This document shows positions 32,371 to 41,672 of a stretch of DNA of 64,000 bases, in pieces. Source of the DNA: an uncultured Bacteroidales bacterium. GTDB taxonomy: Bacteria; Bacteroidota; Bacteroidia; Bacteroidales; UBA932. Location of the stretch: contig CAJOIQ010000004.1 in the NCBI GenBank assembly GCA_905234795.1, forward strand, positions 1,582 through 65,581, in the 5' to 3' direction. The position numbers and the translations under genes are program-made. The notes beneath the pieces were generated by a model. That model worked only from the letters and a program-made list of their open reading frames with translations. It was not told the DNA's origin and ran no database searches. Every line of letters begins with the position of its first letter. Positions within the stretch are counted from its first letter, which is position 1.

Positions 32371-33775
32371 CGCCCACCAGGATGGACATCAGCGGAGACA
32401 GGATGCAGAACAGACAGAAAGGAGCGTAAACCAGGGTGGGCACGCTCAGGATGGTGGCCTGGGTCATGCCGCAACTGGACCAGGGGAACAGGGGCGATGT
32501 GACCGTGGCCGAATCTTCCACGCTGCGGGAAAGCAGCCGGGCCTCGTAGCCATCCTTTTCATACGTGTTCCGATAAATATTGGAGGTGAGGATGATGGAC
32601 AGGTACTGGTCCGACACAATGCCGTTGAGGGCCGTACCGGTAACCACCGTGGAGCTCACCAGACCGGCGCGGGTGCGCGTGAAAGGCTGCAGGATGCGGG
32701 ACAGATCGGCTATCATGCCGGAGGCCTGCATGGCAGCGCCAAAGCACATGGCGCACAGAATCAGGTAAATGGTATTGAGCATGCCCAGCATGCCGCGGGT
32801 GGCCACCAGCTGGTTCACTTCCGGCACGCCCGTCTCCAGATTCACGGAATTATAGATGGTTTCCACAATGCCGGCAAAGAAAATCCGGGCCGATGACCCC
32901 TGCGCCACGCCCTGCCCGATGGAACGCACGATGTCCGGCTGGAAGATAAGGGCTGCCGCCGCTGCGGTGAGGACGGAGACGGCCAGCACGATGATGGCCG
33001 GCAACCGCTTCCAGATGAGCACCAGCGTAATGACCGGCACCAGCATCAGCCAGGGGGTGATGTGGAACTGCGTGGCCAGCGTGGTGGTGTACACCTCCAT
33101 CGGCACATCCGGCGCCGTTCCGTGCGTGAACCCCAGGACGGTAAACACCAGCAGGGTTATCAGGAACGACGGGATGGTGGTGAAATACATATAGTGGATG
33201 TGGTCGAAGAGCCCCACCTTGTTCACGGAAGATGCCAGTACGGTGGTATCCGACAACGGAGAGATTTTGTCTCCGAAATAAGCGCCGGAGATGATGGCGC
33301 CGGCCGTCATGGCGTCGGAAAAACCTTCGGCCCGGCCGATGCCCAGCAGCGCAACGCCCACCGTAGCGATGGTGGTCCAGGAGGATCCTGTCATCACACT
33401 CACCACCGCACACAGCACACAGGCGGTGAGCAAAAAGACCTTTGGACTGATGATTCCTATCCCATAATAAATAAAGGAAGGCACCACGCCGCTCATGGTC
33501 CAGGTGCCGGAAATGGCGCCGATGAGCAGCAGGATAAGGATGGCCGTAGCCACGTTGCCCACGTTTCCGGTGATCTCTTTCTCAAACTGGCTCCAGGGAA
33601 TCTTGTACAGCCACATGCCCAGCCATACGGCCAGGCCCGCCGCCACCAGCAGCGCCACCTGGGATGCGCCCAGAATGGAATCGGCCCCAAAGATGGAAAT
33701 GTCCAGGGCAAGCAGAAACACCAGCACCCCCAGGGGAATCAGGGCGATGAGTGTCCGTTTCAAGTTCGTTTTCAT
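32336..33775 (-). CDS. nhaC: Na+/H+ antiporter NhaC family
   Basis: GSSWTTIATVG, SGAYFGDKISPLSDTT, LSRSVEDSATVTSPL and PWSSCG motifs. Confidence 0.9.
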   Translation of the reverse strand: MKTNLKRTLIALIPLGVLVFLLALDISIFGADSILGASQVALLVAAGLAVWLGMWLYKIPWSQFEKEITGNVGNVATAILILLLIGAISGTWTMSGVVPSFIYYGIGIISPKVFLLTACVLCAVVSVMTGSSWTTIATVGVALLGIGRAEGFSDAMTAGAIISGAYFGDKISPLSDTTVLASSVNKVGLFDHIHYMYFTTIPSFLITLLVFTVLGFTHGTAPDVPMEVYTTTLATQFHITPWLMLVPVITLVLIWKRLPAIIVLAVSVLTAAAAALIFQPDIVRSIGQGVAQGSSARIFFAGIVETIYNSVNLETGVPEVNQLVATRGMLGMLNTIYLILCAMCFGAAMQASGMIADLSRILQPFTRTRAGLVSSTVVTGTALNGIVSDQYLSIILTSNIYRNTYEKDGYEARLLSRSVEDSATVTSPLFPWSSCGMTQATILSVPTLVYAPFCLFCILSPLMSILVGVIGWKVVRRSR

Positions 33776-33846
33776 GGCCGCAAAGGTACAACAATTCTTG
33801 TAAAATAACGGATTTTCGTTAACTTTGCTGTACTAACACTATCGCT

Positions 33847-35223
33847 ATGACCTTCACCATGATTATCGAGCTGCTCATCGTATTGGCAGCACTGTATGTG
33901 GGTTCCCGTTACGGTTCCCTGGCGTTGGGCGCCATCAGCGGCATCGGCCTGGCCATCCTGGTCTTCGGCTTCGGCCTCAAGCCCGGCACGCCCCCCACCG
34001 ACGTCATCTACATCATCATCGCAGCCGTCACCTGTGCCGGCACCCTGCAGGCCAGCGGCGGTATGGACTGGATGATCCAGATAGCCGAAAAGATGCTGCG
34101 CAAGCATCCGGAACACATCACCTTCCTGGGCCCGCTGGTGACCTTCTTCCTCACCGTGCTGGTGGGAACCGGTCACGTGGTATACACCATCATGCCCATC
34201 ATATGCGACATCGCCCTCAAAAAGAATATCCGGCCGGAGCGCCCCTGCGGCGTGGCTTCCGTGGCCTCCCAGGTGGGTATCACCTGCAGCCCCATCGCTG
34301 CGGCCGTAGTGGCCTTTGTGACCATCTCCAATGCCAATGGCTATATGGTTAGCATCCCCCAGGTGCTCATGGTGACCATTCCCGCCTGCGTCATCGGCCT
34401 GATGTGCGCCGCGGCCGCCTCCTACAAGAGAGGCAAAGATCTGGACAAGGATCCCGCCTTCCTGGCCCGCAAGGCCGATCCCGAGCTGTACCAGTATATG
34501 TACGGCAACACCGCCACCACGCTGGACCGGGTCATTACCAAAGAAGCCAAGGCCTCCGTATTCATCTTCCTGGGTTCCCTGCTGGTGATTGTGGCTTTCG
34601 CTTTCTGCCAGATGATTCATACGGCCGACGGCAGCACCCTGGCCAAGGCCATCAACCTGCCCAAGATGAACATCTGCATCCAGATCATCATGCTCATGGC
34701 AGCTGCCGCCAACATCATGTTCTGCAAGGCCCAGCCCAAGAAAGCCGTGGCCGGCGCCGTATGGCAGAGCGGCATGGTGGCCGTGGTGGCCATCTACGGC
34801 ATCGCCTGGCTGGCCGATACTTACTTCGGCAACTACATGGACCAGATGAAAGTGATGCTGTCCGATCTTGTCACCAACTATCCCTGGAGCATCGCTTTTG
34901 TGTTCTTCCTGGTTTCCGTACTCATCAATTCACAGGGCGCCGTGGTGGTAGCTATGCTGCCCCTGGCCTATGAACTGGGCATTGCGGGTCCCGTGCTCCT
35001 GGGTGTGCTTCCCAGCGTGTATGGCTACTTCTTCATCCCCAACTACCCGTCCGATATCGCCACGGTAAACTTCGACCGTTCCGGTACCACGGTCATCGGT
35101 AAGTACCTGCTGAACCACAGCTTCATGATGCCGGGTCTCATCAGCGTGATCGTCTCCACCATCATCGGCTACCTGGTCACCAACGTCTTCTTTGCCGGCT
35201 ACTTCGCCAGCTTTATCCAGTAG
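33847..35223 (+). CDS. anaerobic C4-dicarboxylate transporter (DcuA/DcuB family)
   Basis: GTGHVVY, RPERP, ITCSPIAAA, YFFIPNYPSDIA, FDRSGTT and LNHSFMMPG motifs. Confidence 0.93.
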   Translation: MTFTMIIELLIVLAALYVGSRYGSLALGAISGIGLAILVFGFGLKPGTPPTDVIYIIIAAVTCAGTLQASGGMDWMIQIAEKMLRKHPEHITFLGPLVTFFLTVLVGTGHVVYTIMPIICDIALKKNIRPERPCGVASVASQVGITCSPIAAAVVAFVTISNANGYMVSIPQVLMVTIPACVIGLMCAAAASYKRGKDLDKDPAFLARKADPELYQYMYGNTATTLDRVITKEAKASVFIFLGSLLVIVAFAFCQMIHTADGSTLAKAINLPKMNICIQIIMLMAAAANIMFCKAQPKKAVAGAVWQSGMVAVVAIYGIAWLADTYFGNYMDQMKVMLSDLVTNYPWSIAFVFFLVSVLINSQGAVVVAMLPLAYELGIAGPVLLGVLPSVYGYFFIPNYPSDIATVNFDRSGTTVIGKYLLNHSFMMPGLISVIVSTIIGYLVTNVFFAGYFASFIQ

Positions 35224-35265
35224 GGTGTGACACCCGTGAGTTGGATGTAATTGACACTGAATATA

Positions 35266-35311
35266 TTATAGAAATCCTCCTGGGCGGTTTTACCCAGGAG
35301 GATTTCTATAA
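35266..35311. terminator. Perfect 19-bp stem hairpin between convergent dcu and rnfA
   Basis: ttatagaaatcctcctggg-cggtttta-cccaggaggatttctataa. Confidence 0.7.
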
Positions 35312-35370
35312 AGTACTAACAGTGAGCAACTTGCGCAGCACTGGTAAAAACCCGCAAGCGCAAGAAAACG

Positions 35371-35970
35371 CTATTTCACCATTCCGCTGAAGCCCATGAA
35401 GGCCAGGGCCAGGATACCCACGCTGATGATGGCGATGGGCACGCCTTTGAAGGCCTTGGGGACATTGTTCAGGGCCAGGTGTTCACGGATACCGGCGAAG
35501 ATGACCATGGCCAGGCCGTAACCCAGGGAGGTGGCGAAAGCGTACACCAGGGCCTGACCCAGGTTGAGCATGCCGCCGGGCACAAAGGAGAACTCCTTGG
35601 TAACCACGTTGATGGCAACACCCAGCACGGCACAGTTGGTAGTGATGAGGGGCAGGAAGATACCCAGGGCCTGATACAGGGACGGGGAAACCTTCTTGAG
35701 CACAATCTCTACCATCTGCACCAGGGCGGCAATCACCAGGATGAAGGCGATGGTCTGCAGGAACGTGATGCCCAGGGGTACCAGCAGGTACTGGTTAATG
35801 AGGTAGGTGACCAGCGTGGCCAGGGTAATCACAAAGCAAACGGCCATGGACATGCCTGTGGCGGTGGACAGTTTGTTGGACACGCCCAGGAAGGGGCAGA
35901 TACCCAGGAACTGCGCCAGGACAATATTGTTGACGAATATGGCCGAAATAATAATCAGAAAGTACTCCAT
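35371..35970 (-). CDS. rnfA: Rnf electron transport complex subunit A
   Basis: [18 protein letters not shown] and [12 protein letters not shown] motifs. Confidence 0.93.
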   Translation of the reverse strand: MEYFLIIISAIFVNNIVLAQFLGICPFLGVSNKLSTATGMSMAVCFVITLATLVTYLINQYLLVPLGITFLQTIAFILVIAALVQMVEIVLKKVSPSLYQALGIFLPLITTNCAVLGVAINVVTKEFSFVPGGMLNLGQALVYAFATSLGYGLAMVIFAGIREHLALNNVPKAFKGVPIAIISVGILALAFMGFSGMVK

Positions 35971-35973
35971 AGC

Positions 35974-36561
35974 CTAGCTCTTTTTAACGAATTTGTTGAA
36001 CAGGACCATCAGGTAACCCAGGCACAGGAAAGCACCGGGAGCCATGACGAAGGCCAGCATGCCGTCGTTTCCGCCAATGAAGTTGAAGCCGAAGGCGCTG
36101 CCGGAACCAAGGACCTCACGCACCAGGCCCAGCACGGTGAGCGAGCAGGTGAAGCCCAGGCCCACGCCCAGACCATCCAGTGCGCTCTCCCCTACACCAT
36201 GCTTGTTGGCAAAGGCCTCGGCACGGCCCAGGACGATGCAGTTCACCACGATGAGCGGGATGAACAGGCCCAGGGTCTCGTACATGGCCGGGGTGAACGC
36301 CTGCATGAGCAGCTGTAGCAGTGTCACGAAGGTGGCGATGACCACAATATAGACCGGGATATGCACTTTGTCCGGCACCACAGGGGCGATGGCCGAAATG
36401 GCCATGTTGGACAGGACCAGCACAAAGAGGGTGGCAAGACCCATGGACAGGCCGTTGATGGCGCTGGTGGTAGTGGCCAGCGTGGGGCACATGCCCAGCA
36501 GAAGTACAAAGGTCGGGTTGTTCTTGACCAGACCGTCGGTGATCAGTTTGAACTTACTCAT
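35974..36561 (-). CDS. rnfE: Rnf electron transport complex subunit E
   Basis: NNPTFVLLLGMCPTLA and IPLIVVNCIVLGRAEAFA motifs. Start set at ATG 36561. Confidence 0.93.
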   Translation of the reverse strand: MSKFKLITDGLVKNNPTFVLLLGMCPTLATTTSAINGLSMGLATLFVLVLSNMAISAIAPVVPDKVHIPVYIVVIATFVTLLQLLMQAFTPAMYETLGLFIPLIVVNCIVLGRAEAFANKHGVGESALDGLGVGLGFTCSLTVLGLVREVLGSGSAFGFNFIGGNDGMLAFVMAPGAFLCLGYLMVLFNKFVKKS

Positions 36562-37111
36562 GGCAGCATCCTCCTTCATTAAGGGTTGCGAATGTCTTCA
36601 ACGCATTCTCCACGGCCAGGGTATAGGCACGGGAGGTGATGGTGGAAGCCGTGATGGCGTCTACGTCACCGCCGTCCTTCTTCACGGAAAGCTTCTTAAT
36701 GGAAGGGTTGAATCCCCGCCACTGGTCCATGAATTTGGAATCGGTGGTGCACTTGGCGCCCAGACCGGGAGTCTCGGCATGCGAGAGCACGGAAGTGTTG
36801 TACACCACACCGTCGGGAGTGACGCCCACGATGAGGGACAGGGGGCCGCCGAAGCCCACGGTGGTGGTTTCAATGGCATAGCCCACCAGGTTTTCTCCGT
36901 CGGTGGCCTTGTAGTACTTGCCCTCGGCATTATACTCCACATCGGTGAAATGCGGCAGTACCATGGCGATGGCAGCGTTGGTCTTTTCGGCCGCAGCGGC
37001 GGCGATGGGTTCCTTGGTGAGGACGTAGGCTCCGCCCAGCACAGCCGAGCACAGCAGGCAGGTGAGGCCCAGCACCAGAACCATATTGGTCAAATTGGAT
37101 TTTGCAGCCAT
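36554..37111 (-). CDS. rnfG: Rnf electron transport complex subunit G
   Basis: GFGG, HAETPGLG and FMN-binding DAITASTITS motifs. Confidence 0.93.
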   Translation of the reverse strand: MAAKSNLTNMVLVLGLTCLLCSAVLGGAYVLTKEPIAAAAAEKTNAAIAMVLPHFTDVEYNAEGKYYKATDGENLVGYAIETTTVGFGGPLSLIVGVTPDGVVYNTSVLSHAETPGLGAKCTTDSKFMDQWRGFNPSIKKLSVKKDGGDVDAITASTITSRAYTLAVENALKTFATLNEGGCCHE

Positions 37112-37114
37112 ACC

Positions 37115-38092
37115 TTATTTCCTCCCGAATTTTTTCTGTTTGAACCACATGTTAAGCAGCGGTACCACAGAGTTCATAATCAAAATGGCGAAGCTCACAC
37201 CTTCCGGGTAAGAGCCGAAGTAACGGATCATCATGGTGAGGAAGCCGATGCCAACGCCGAAGACTACTCCGCCCCACAGGGACATCGGGCTGGTCACATA
37301 GTCGGTAGCCATGAAGCAGGCACCCAGAATGAGACCGCCGGTGAGGAGGTTGAACAGAGGATCGGTGAAGCGGGATGGGTCGATTCCCCAGAAGATAAGG
37401 GACGTGAGGGCCACGGTGGCAAAGATGCTCAGAGTGATCCAAGGCTTGATGACCCGGCGGCAGCACAGATACACGAAGCCGGCCAGCAGCGCCAGGGCGC
37501 AAACCTCACCGGCACTGCCGCCCAGATTGGCGAACAGCAGGTCCTTATAATTAAAGGAAGCGGTGAGTTCCTGTACGGTGGAGCCCTGCATCAGGCCTTC
37601 CTGGATGGTGCCCAGGGGCGTGGGACCGGAAATGGCATCCACGCCGAAAAGGCCCTGAGGCTGGCTCCAGCTGGTCATGTAGGTAGGGAAGGAAACCAGC
37701 AGGAACACACGGCCCACCAGGGCGGGATTCCAGATGTTCTGGCCGATGCCTCCGAAGGTCATCTTGGCAACGCCGATGGCCACCACGGCGCCGATGAATA
37801 CCACCCACCAGGGCGTGGTGTACGGCAGGTTGAGGGCCAGCAGGATACCGGTGATGACGGCGGAAAGGTCTCCCACGGTAGAGGGCTTCTTTAACATATA
37901 TTTGGTGATGGCCCATTCCAGCAGCACGCAGGAGGCCACACTCACGCCCAGCACCAGCAGTTCCTGCCATCCGTAGAAAACAACGGAGCAGATGACGGCC
38001 GGCACCAGCGCAATGACCACATCCCGCATCAGGGACTTGGTGGAGTCCTTGGAATGGATGTGGGGATTAGGAGATACTATCATATTGCTCAT
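37115..38092 (-). CDS. rnfD: Rnf electron transport complex subunit D
   Basis: SPNPHI, KMTFGGIGQNIWNPAL, DAISGPTPL and FMATDYVTSP motifs. Confidence 0.94.
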   Translation of the reverse strand: MSNMIVSPNPHIHSKDSTKSLMRDVVIALVPAVICSVVFYGWQELLVLGVSVASCVLLEWAITKYMLKKPSTVGDLSAVITGILLALNLPYTTPWWVVFIGAVVAIGVAKMTFGGIGQNIWNPALVGRVFLLVSFPTYMTSWSQPQGLFGVDAISGPTPLGTIQEGLMQGSTVQELTASFNYKDLLFANLGGSAGEVCALALLAGFVYLCCRRVIKPWITLSIFATVALTSLIFWGIDPSRFTDPLFNLLTGGLILGACFMATDYVTSPMSLWGGVVFGVGIGFLTMMIRYFGSYPEGVSFAILIMNSVVPLLNMWFKQKKFGRK

Positions 38093-38098
38093 GGTCCT

Positions 38099-39472
38099 TT
38101 ACTTTTTAGCGGCTTCGGCAGCGGCCTTGGCGGCGGCTGCGCGTGCGCGGATGGCACCTAACACAGAGCCCTTGCCGATGCGGATGCTGTCCAGCAGCGG
38201 AATATGGGCGGGGCAGGAATACAGGCAGCAGCCGCACTCGATGCAGTCCTGGGCGGCATTGGCCTCCAGGGCTTCGACGTCCCCGGCGCGGGAGAGCCGC
38301 ACCAGCAGGAAGGGCTCCAGGCCCATGGGGCAGGCATCGGCACATTTGCCGCAGCGGATACAGTTGGTTTCGGGAGCACGGCGGGTCTGGGCCTCGGTGA
38401 GGAAGAGCAGGGCGCCCGTTCCCTTCACGGTGGCGGCATCCAGGTTGGCCACGGCGCGGCCCATCATGGGACCGCCGCTGATGATCTTGGCGGCATCGGC
38501 CGGCACACCTCCCAGATAATCCACAATATAACGCAGGGGCGTACCCACGCGCACCAGCAGGTTGGCCTGATGGGGGAAGCACTCACCCGTCACGGTGACG
38601 GAATTGTCCACAATGGGTTTGTTCTTCTGTACGGCGTCGTACACGGCCAGGGCGGTAGCCACGTTCTGCACCACGGCACCCACGCTGATGGGCAGGGCGC
38701 CGGAACCCACCTGACGGTGCATCACAGCGTCAATGAGCTGCTTTTCACCGCCCTGCGGATAACGCATCTTCATGGACATCACTTCGATGCCTTCATAGCC
38801 CAGTTTGGCAATCACGTCCTTGATGTGGGCGATGGCCTCGGGCTTGTTTTCCTCGATGGCGATGGTGCAGGGAACGTCACCCATCACTTTCTTGAGGATG
38901 GCGGCGCCCACCACCACCTGTTCTCCCTTCTCCAGCAGGGTGCGGAAGTCGGAGGTAAGGTAAGGCTCGCATTCGCAGCCGTTGATGATCACGCGCTCGC
39001 ACTTGGAGCCCGGAGGCGGGCTCAGCTTCACGTGCGTGGGGAAAGTGGCGCCCCCCAGGCCCACAACGCCACCCAGACGGATTTTCTCGATGGTGGCCTT
39101 GTTGTCTTCGGGCAGCGTAGTGATAAGGGTGTCGGAGGTATCAATCCCTTCCAGCCACTCGTCTCCTTCCACGGCAATCTCGATGTGCGTGGACATGCGG
39201 CCGGCCAGATCGGCCCGGGGGCCGATGGACTTGACCGTACCGGAAACGGAGGAATGGATGAAGGCGCTCACGAACCCGCCGGGCTCGGCAATCACCTGAC
39301 CCACCTTCACTTTGTCTCCCACGGCCACGCAGGGCACGGCGGGGGCGCCGATGTGCTGGGCCAGGGAAATGTAAACGACAGGGGCAATGGGCAGCGGCTG
39401 AATGGCGCACTCCCTGGAAATCTTGCTGTCGTGCGGATGAACACCGCCTATGGAAAATGTCGGCTTACTCAT
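38099..39472 (-). CDS. rnfC: Rnf electron transport complex subunit C
   Basis: GGVHP, QHIGAP, GLGGATFPT, NGCECEPYLTSD, YPQGGEKQL and two CxxCxxCxxxCP motifs. Confidence 0.95.
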   Translation of the reverse strand: MSKPTFSIGGVHPHDSKISRECAIQPLPIAPVVYISLAQHIGAPAVPCVAVGDKVKVGQVIAEPGGFVSAFIHSSVSGTVKSIGPRADLAGRMSTHIEIAVEGDEWLEGIDTSDTLITTLPEDNKATIEKIRLGGVVGLGGATFPTHVKLSPPPGSKCERVIINGCECEPYLTSDFRTLLEKGEQVVVGAAILKKVMGDVPCTIAIEENKPEAIAHIKDVIAKLGYEGIEVMSMKMRYPQGGEKQLIDAVMHRQVGSGALPISVGAVVQNVATALAVYDAVQKNKPIVDNSVTVTGECFPHQANLLVRVGTPLRYIVDYLGGVPADAAKIISGGPMMGRAVANLDAATVKGTGALLFLTEAQTRRAPETNCIRCGKCADACPMGLEPFLLVRLSRAGDVEALEANAAQDCIECGCCLYSCPAHIPLLDSIRIGKGSVLGAIRARAAAAKAAAEAAKK

Positions 39473-40460
39473 CTTTCTTGTCCTCCTTCACTTTAGCCGC
39501 AGCGTCGGCGACAGATGCTTCTGCCGGAGCATCGGCCTTTTTATTAGCGACGGCAGAAGCATCTGTTGCCAAAGCGGCCGCTTCTTTTGCTTTTTGCTGA
39601 CGGATTTTTATGCGCTCTTTAATAGCGTCTTTGTCCAGGGGTTTGGGGAAACCTATGCCATGGATGGCGCCGGTAGGACACATGGCCTCGCACTCTCGGC
39701 AAAGCTTGCACTTGGCGGGATCGATGTAGGCGATGTTGTTTTCAACGGTGATGGCATCGTGGGTGCAGGTCTTGGCGCAGATGCCGCAGCCGATGCAGGC
39801 ATTGGTGCAGGCTTTCTTGGCCACAGGACCCTTGTCCTTGTTCACGCAGGACACGAATTCACGCATGCCGCGGGGGCCTTTGGGACGCAGCTCGATGATG
39901 AGCTTGGGACAGGCTTTCACGCAGGAGCCGCAGGCGGTGCACTTATCCTGGTCCACCACCGGAAGGCCGGTAGCGGGATCCATGGAAAGAGCGCCGAACT
40001 GGCAGGCCGATACGCAGTCTCCGCAACCCAGGCAGCCGAAGGCACAGCCGGTGTCGCCGGTGTACAGGGTGGATTTCACCACACAGGAGGCAAAGCCGTC
40101 GTAATCGTTCACGCGGGGACGGGCCTCGCAGGTGCCGTTACAACGGACGACGGCCACCATGGGAGCCTTGGCTTTCACCTCGTACCCCAGGATGGCCGCC
40201 ACCTTGGCCATGGTGTCGTTGCCGCCCACCGGACAATAGTTCTTGTCCAGGTTGGGGGCCTTCACGGCAGCCTCGGCAAAGGCACGGCAGCCTGCGAATC
40301 CGCAGCCGCCGCAGTTGGCGCCGGGCATCACCTTCTCTACCTCGTCGATGCGCGGATCCTCCTCCACCTTGAACTTTTGCGCCACAAGGTAAAGGACAAG
40401 CGCCAGCACCAGGCCCAGGACGGTGATTACCGCAACAGTCCAGATAATAGTACTCGTCAT
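39465..40460 (-). CDS. rnfB: Rnf electron transport complex subunit B
   Basis: PGANCGGCGFAGC and several ferredoxin motifs; Ala/Lys-rich tail. Confidence 0.93.
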   Translation of the reverse strand: MTSTIIWTVAVITVLGLVLALVLYLVAQKFKVEEDPRIDEVEKVMPGANCGGCGFAGCRAFAEAAVKAPNLDKNYCPVGGNDTMAKVAAILGYEVKAKAPMVAVVRCNGTCEARPRVNDYDGFASCVVKSTLYTGDTGCAFGCLGCGDCVSACQFGALSMDPATGLPVVDQDKCTACGSCVKACPKLIIELRPKGPRGMREFVSCVNKDKGPVAKKACTNACIGCGICAKTCTHDAITVENNIAYIDPAKCKLCRECEAMCPTGAIHGIGFPKPLDKDAIKERIKIRQQKAKEAAALATDASAVANKKADAPAEASVADAAAKVKEDKKDE

Positions 40461-40463
40461 AGT

Positions 40464-40874
40464 TTATTTGATTGTAAATATATATTCCTTTTTCAGTTTG
40501 TCCCGCAGCAGGTACAGGCCCAGGTAGTACAGGCCGATGGCCCCGAGGCCCGCCAGGGCCGAGGGAACTTCGGCCACGCCCAGGGCGATGAGCCCCAGAA
40601 TCACGGCCAGCAGGATGAGCAGCGGAATGAAGTAGGCCAGCCACACGGCTTTCATGCCCATGGAGGCCTTGAGCAGCACCTCTACCTGGTCTCCCACGCC
40701 GTAGCCGGCATAAGGGTCCGTGGCCACCTCCACCGCTTTCTCGGCGATATCGGCCATACCGCACAACCCCGCCGCATGGCATTCGCTGCACGCACCATGT
40801 TGCAAAATGGCCACCGTAGTTGTCTGCGGGGTCATCTTGATTACTTTTCCTTTATGTGATACACTCTGGCTCAT
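40464..40874 (-). CDS. rseC: SoxR reducing system RseC family protein
   Basis: ACSECHAAGLC, GDQVEV and AYFIPL motifs; directly upstream of rnfB. Confidence 0.85.
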   Translation of the reverse strand: MSQSVSHKGKVIKMTPQTTTVAILQHGACSECHAAGLCGMADIAEKAVEVATDPYAGYGVGDQVEVLLKASMGMKAVWLAYFIPLLILLAVILGLIALGVAEVPSALAGLGAIGLYYLGLYLLRDKLKKEYIFTIK

Positions 40875-41671
40875 TACAGGCGGGCGTCTAAATTGTATTT
40901 GAGGTTTTCGGCGCCTTTGAACCAGGCCCAGACGTTACCCACCTTCAAGGGCACCATCACGGCCATGGGCAGATGGTTGTTGTCGTCGGAAAGCCATACC
41001 TGCAAGCGCTGGTCTCCCTCGAAGAGGACGCCGGCCACCACCGAGCAGGAGAGGTGCATGGCGCGGAACCGGCCCAACCTGCGGACTTTGATGATTTCCG
41101 TGCCCTGATAGGTGGCATCCACGTTGAACACCGCGTCATCGATGGCGAAGGGAACATTGCACACCTGGCCCTCCTGAGCACTCCCCCAGTCCAGATTCCT
41201 CAAGTAATAGATGAGGGTGACCATGTCCAGGGAAAGGCTGTTCAGCGGGATTTCCATGTACTCCGGCGCCGCGCCTCTGTAGGATACCTCGGCCCGGATA
41301 ATCCCGGCCTCCCAGTCATAGATGAAATGGTTGGTGGCGGTGTACCCGCTCTCGTAGGTGTCCCGGATGGCCTCCATCGGCCGCAATTCGTCCAGGCTGA
41401 AGCGGCTCTGGAAGTTTTCCCGGATTTTGTAAAAGACATCGAAGAAGGGAGCCGTCCTGGCGGCCAGGACAGCATGATAGCAATCCTCTTCCTCCTCCAG
41501 TGTGAGGGAAGCCTGAGCCACCTCGGTATTGATGGCTCCCCACTTGAACATGACCGTCATGGAAATCTTTTCTCCGTCCTGAAAAACATTATCTTCAAGC
41601 AGGGGAAGTCCCTGGGCGGAAAGTGCCAGGGAAAGCATCGCGGTGCAGGCAGTCAACAAAAACTTTCGCAT
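40874..41671 (-). CDS. DUF3108-type secreted beta-rich protein
   Basis: Signal peptide, GEKISM..FKWG and VWLSDDNNHLP motifs. Start set at ATG 41671. Confidence 0.7.
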   Translation of the reverse strand: MRKFLLTACTAMLSLALSAQGLPLLEDNVFQDGEKISMTVMFKWGAINTEVAQASLTLEEEEDCYHAVLAARTAPFFDVFYKIRENFQSRFSLDELRPMEAIRDTYESGYTATNHFIYDWEAGIIRAEVSYRGAAPEYMEIPLNSLSLDMVTLIYYLRNLDWGSAQEGQVCNVPFAIDDAVFNVDATYQGTEIIKVRRLGRFRAMHLSCSVVAGVLFEGDQRLQVWLSDDNNHLPMAVMVPLKVGNVWAWFKGAENLKYNLDARL

Positions 41672-41672
41672 A

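Noticed and set aside
33847-40874. dcu next to Rnf as a special respiratory cluster
   Set aside because: They are convergent, separately terminated units with a standard Bacteroidota rseC-rnfBCDGEA order; adjacency alone is not evidence.
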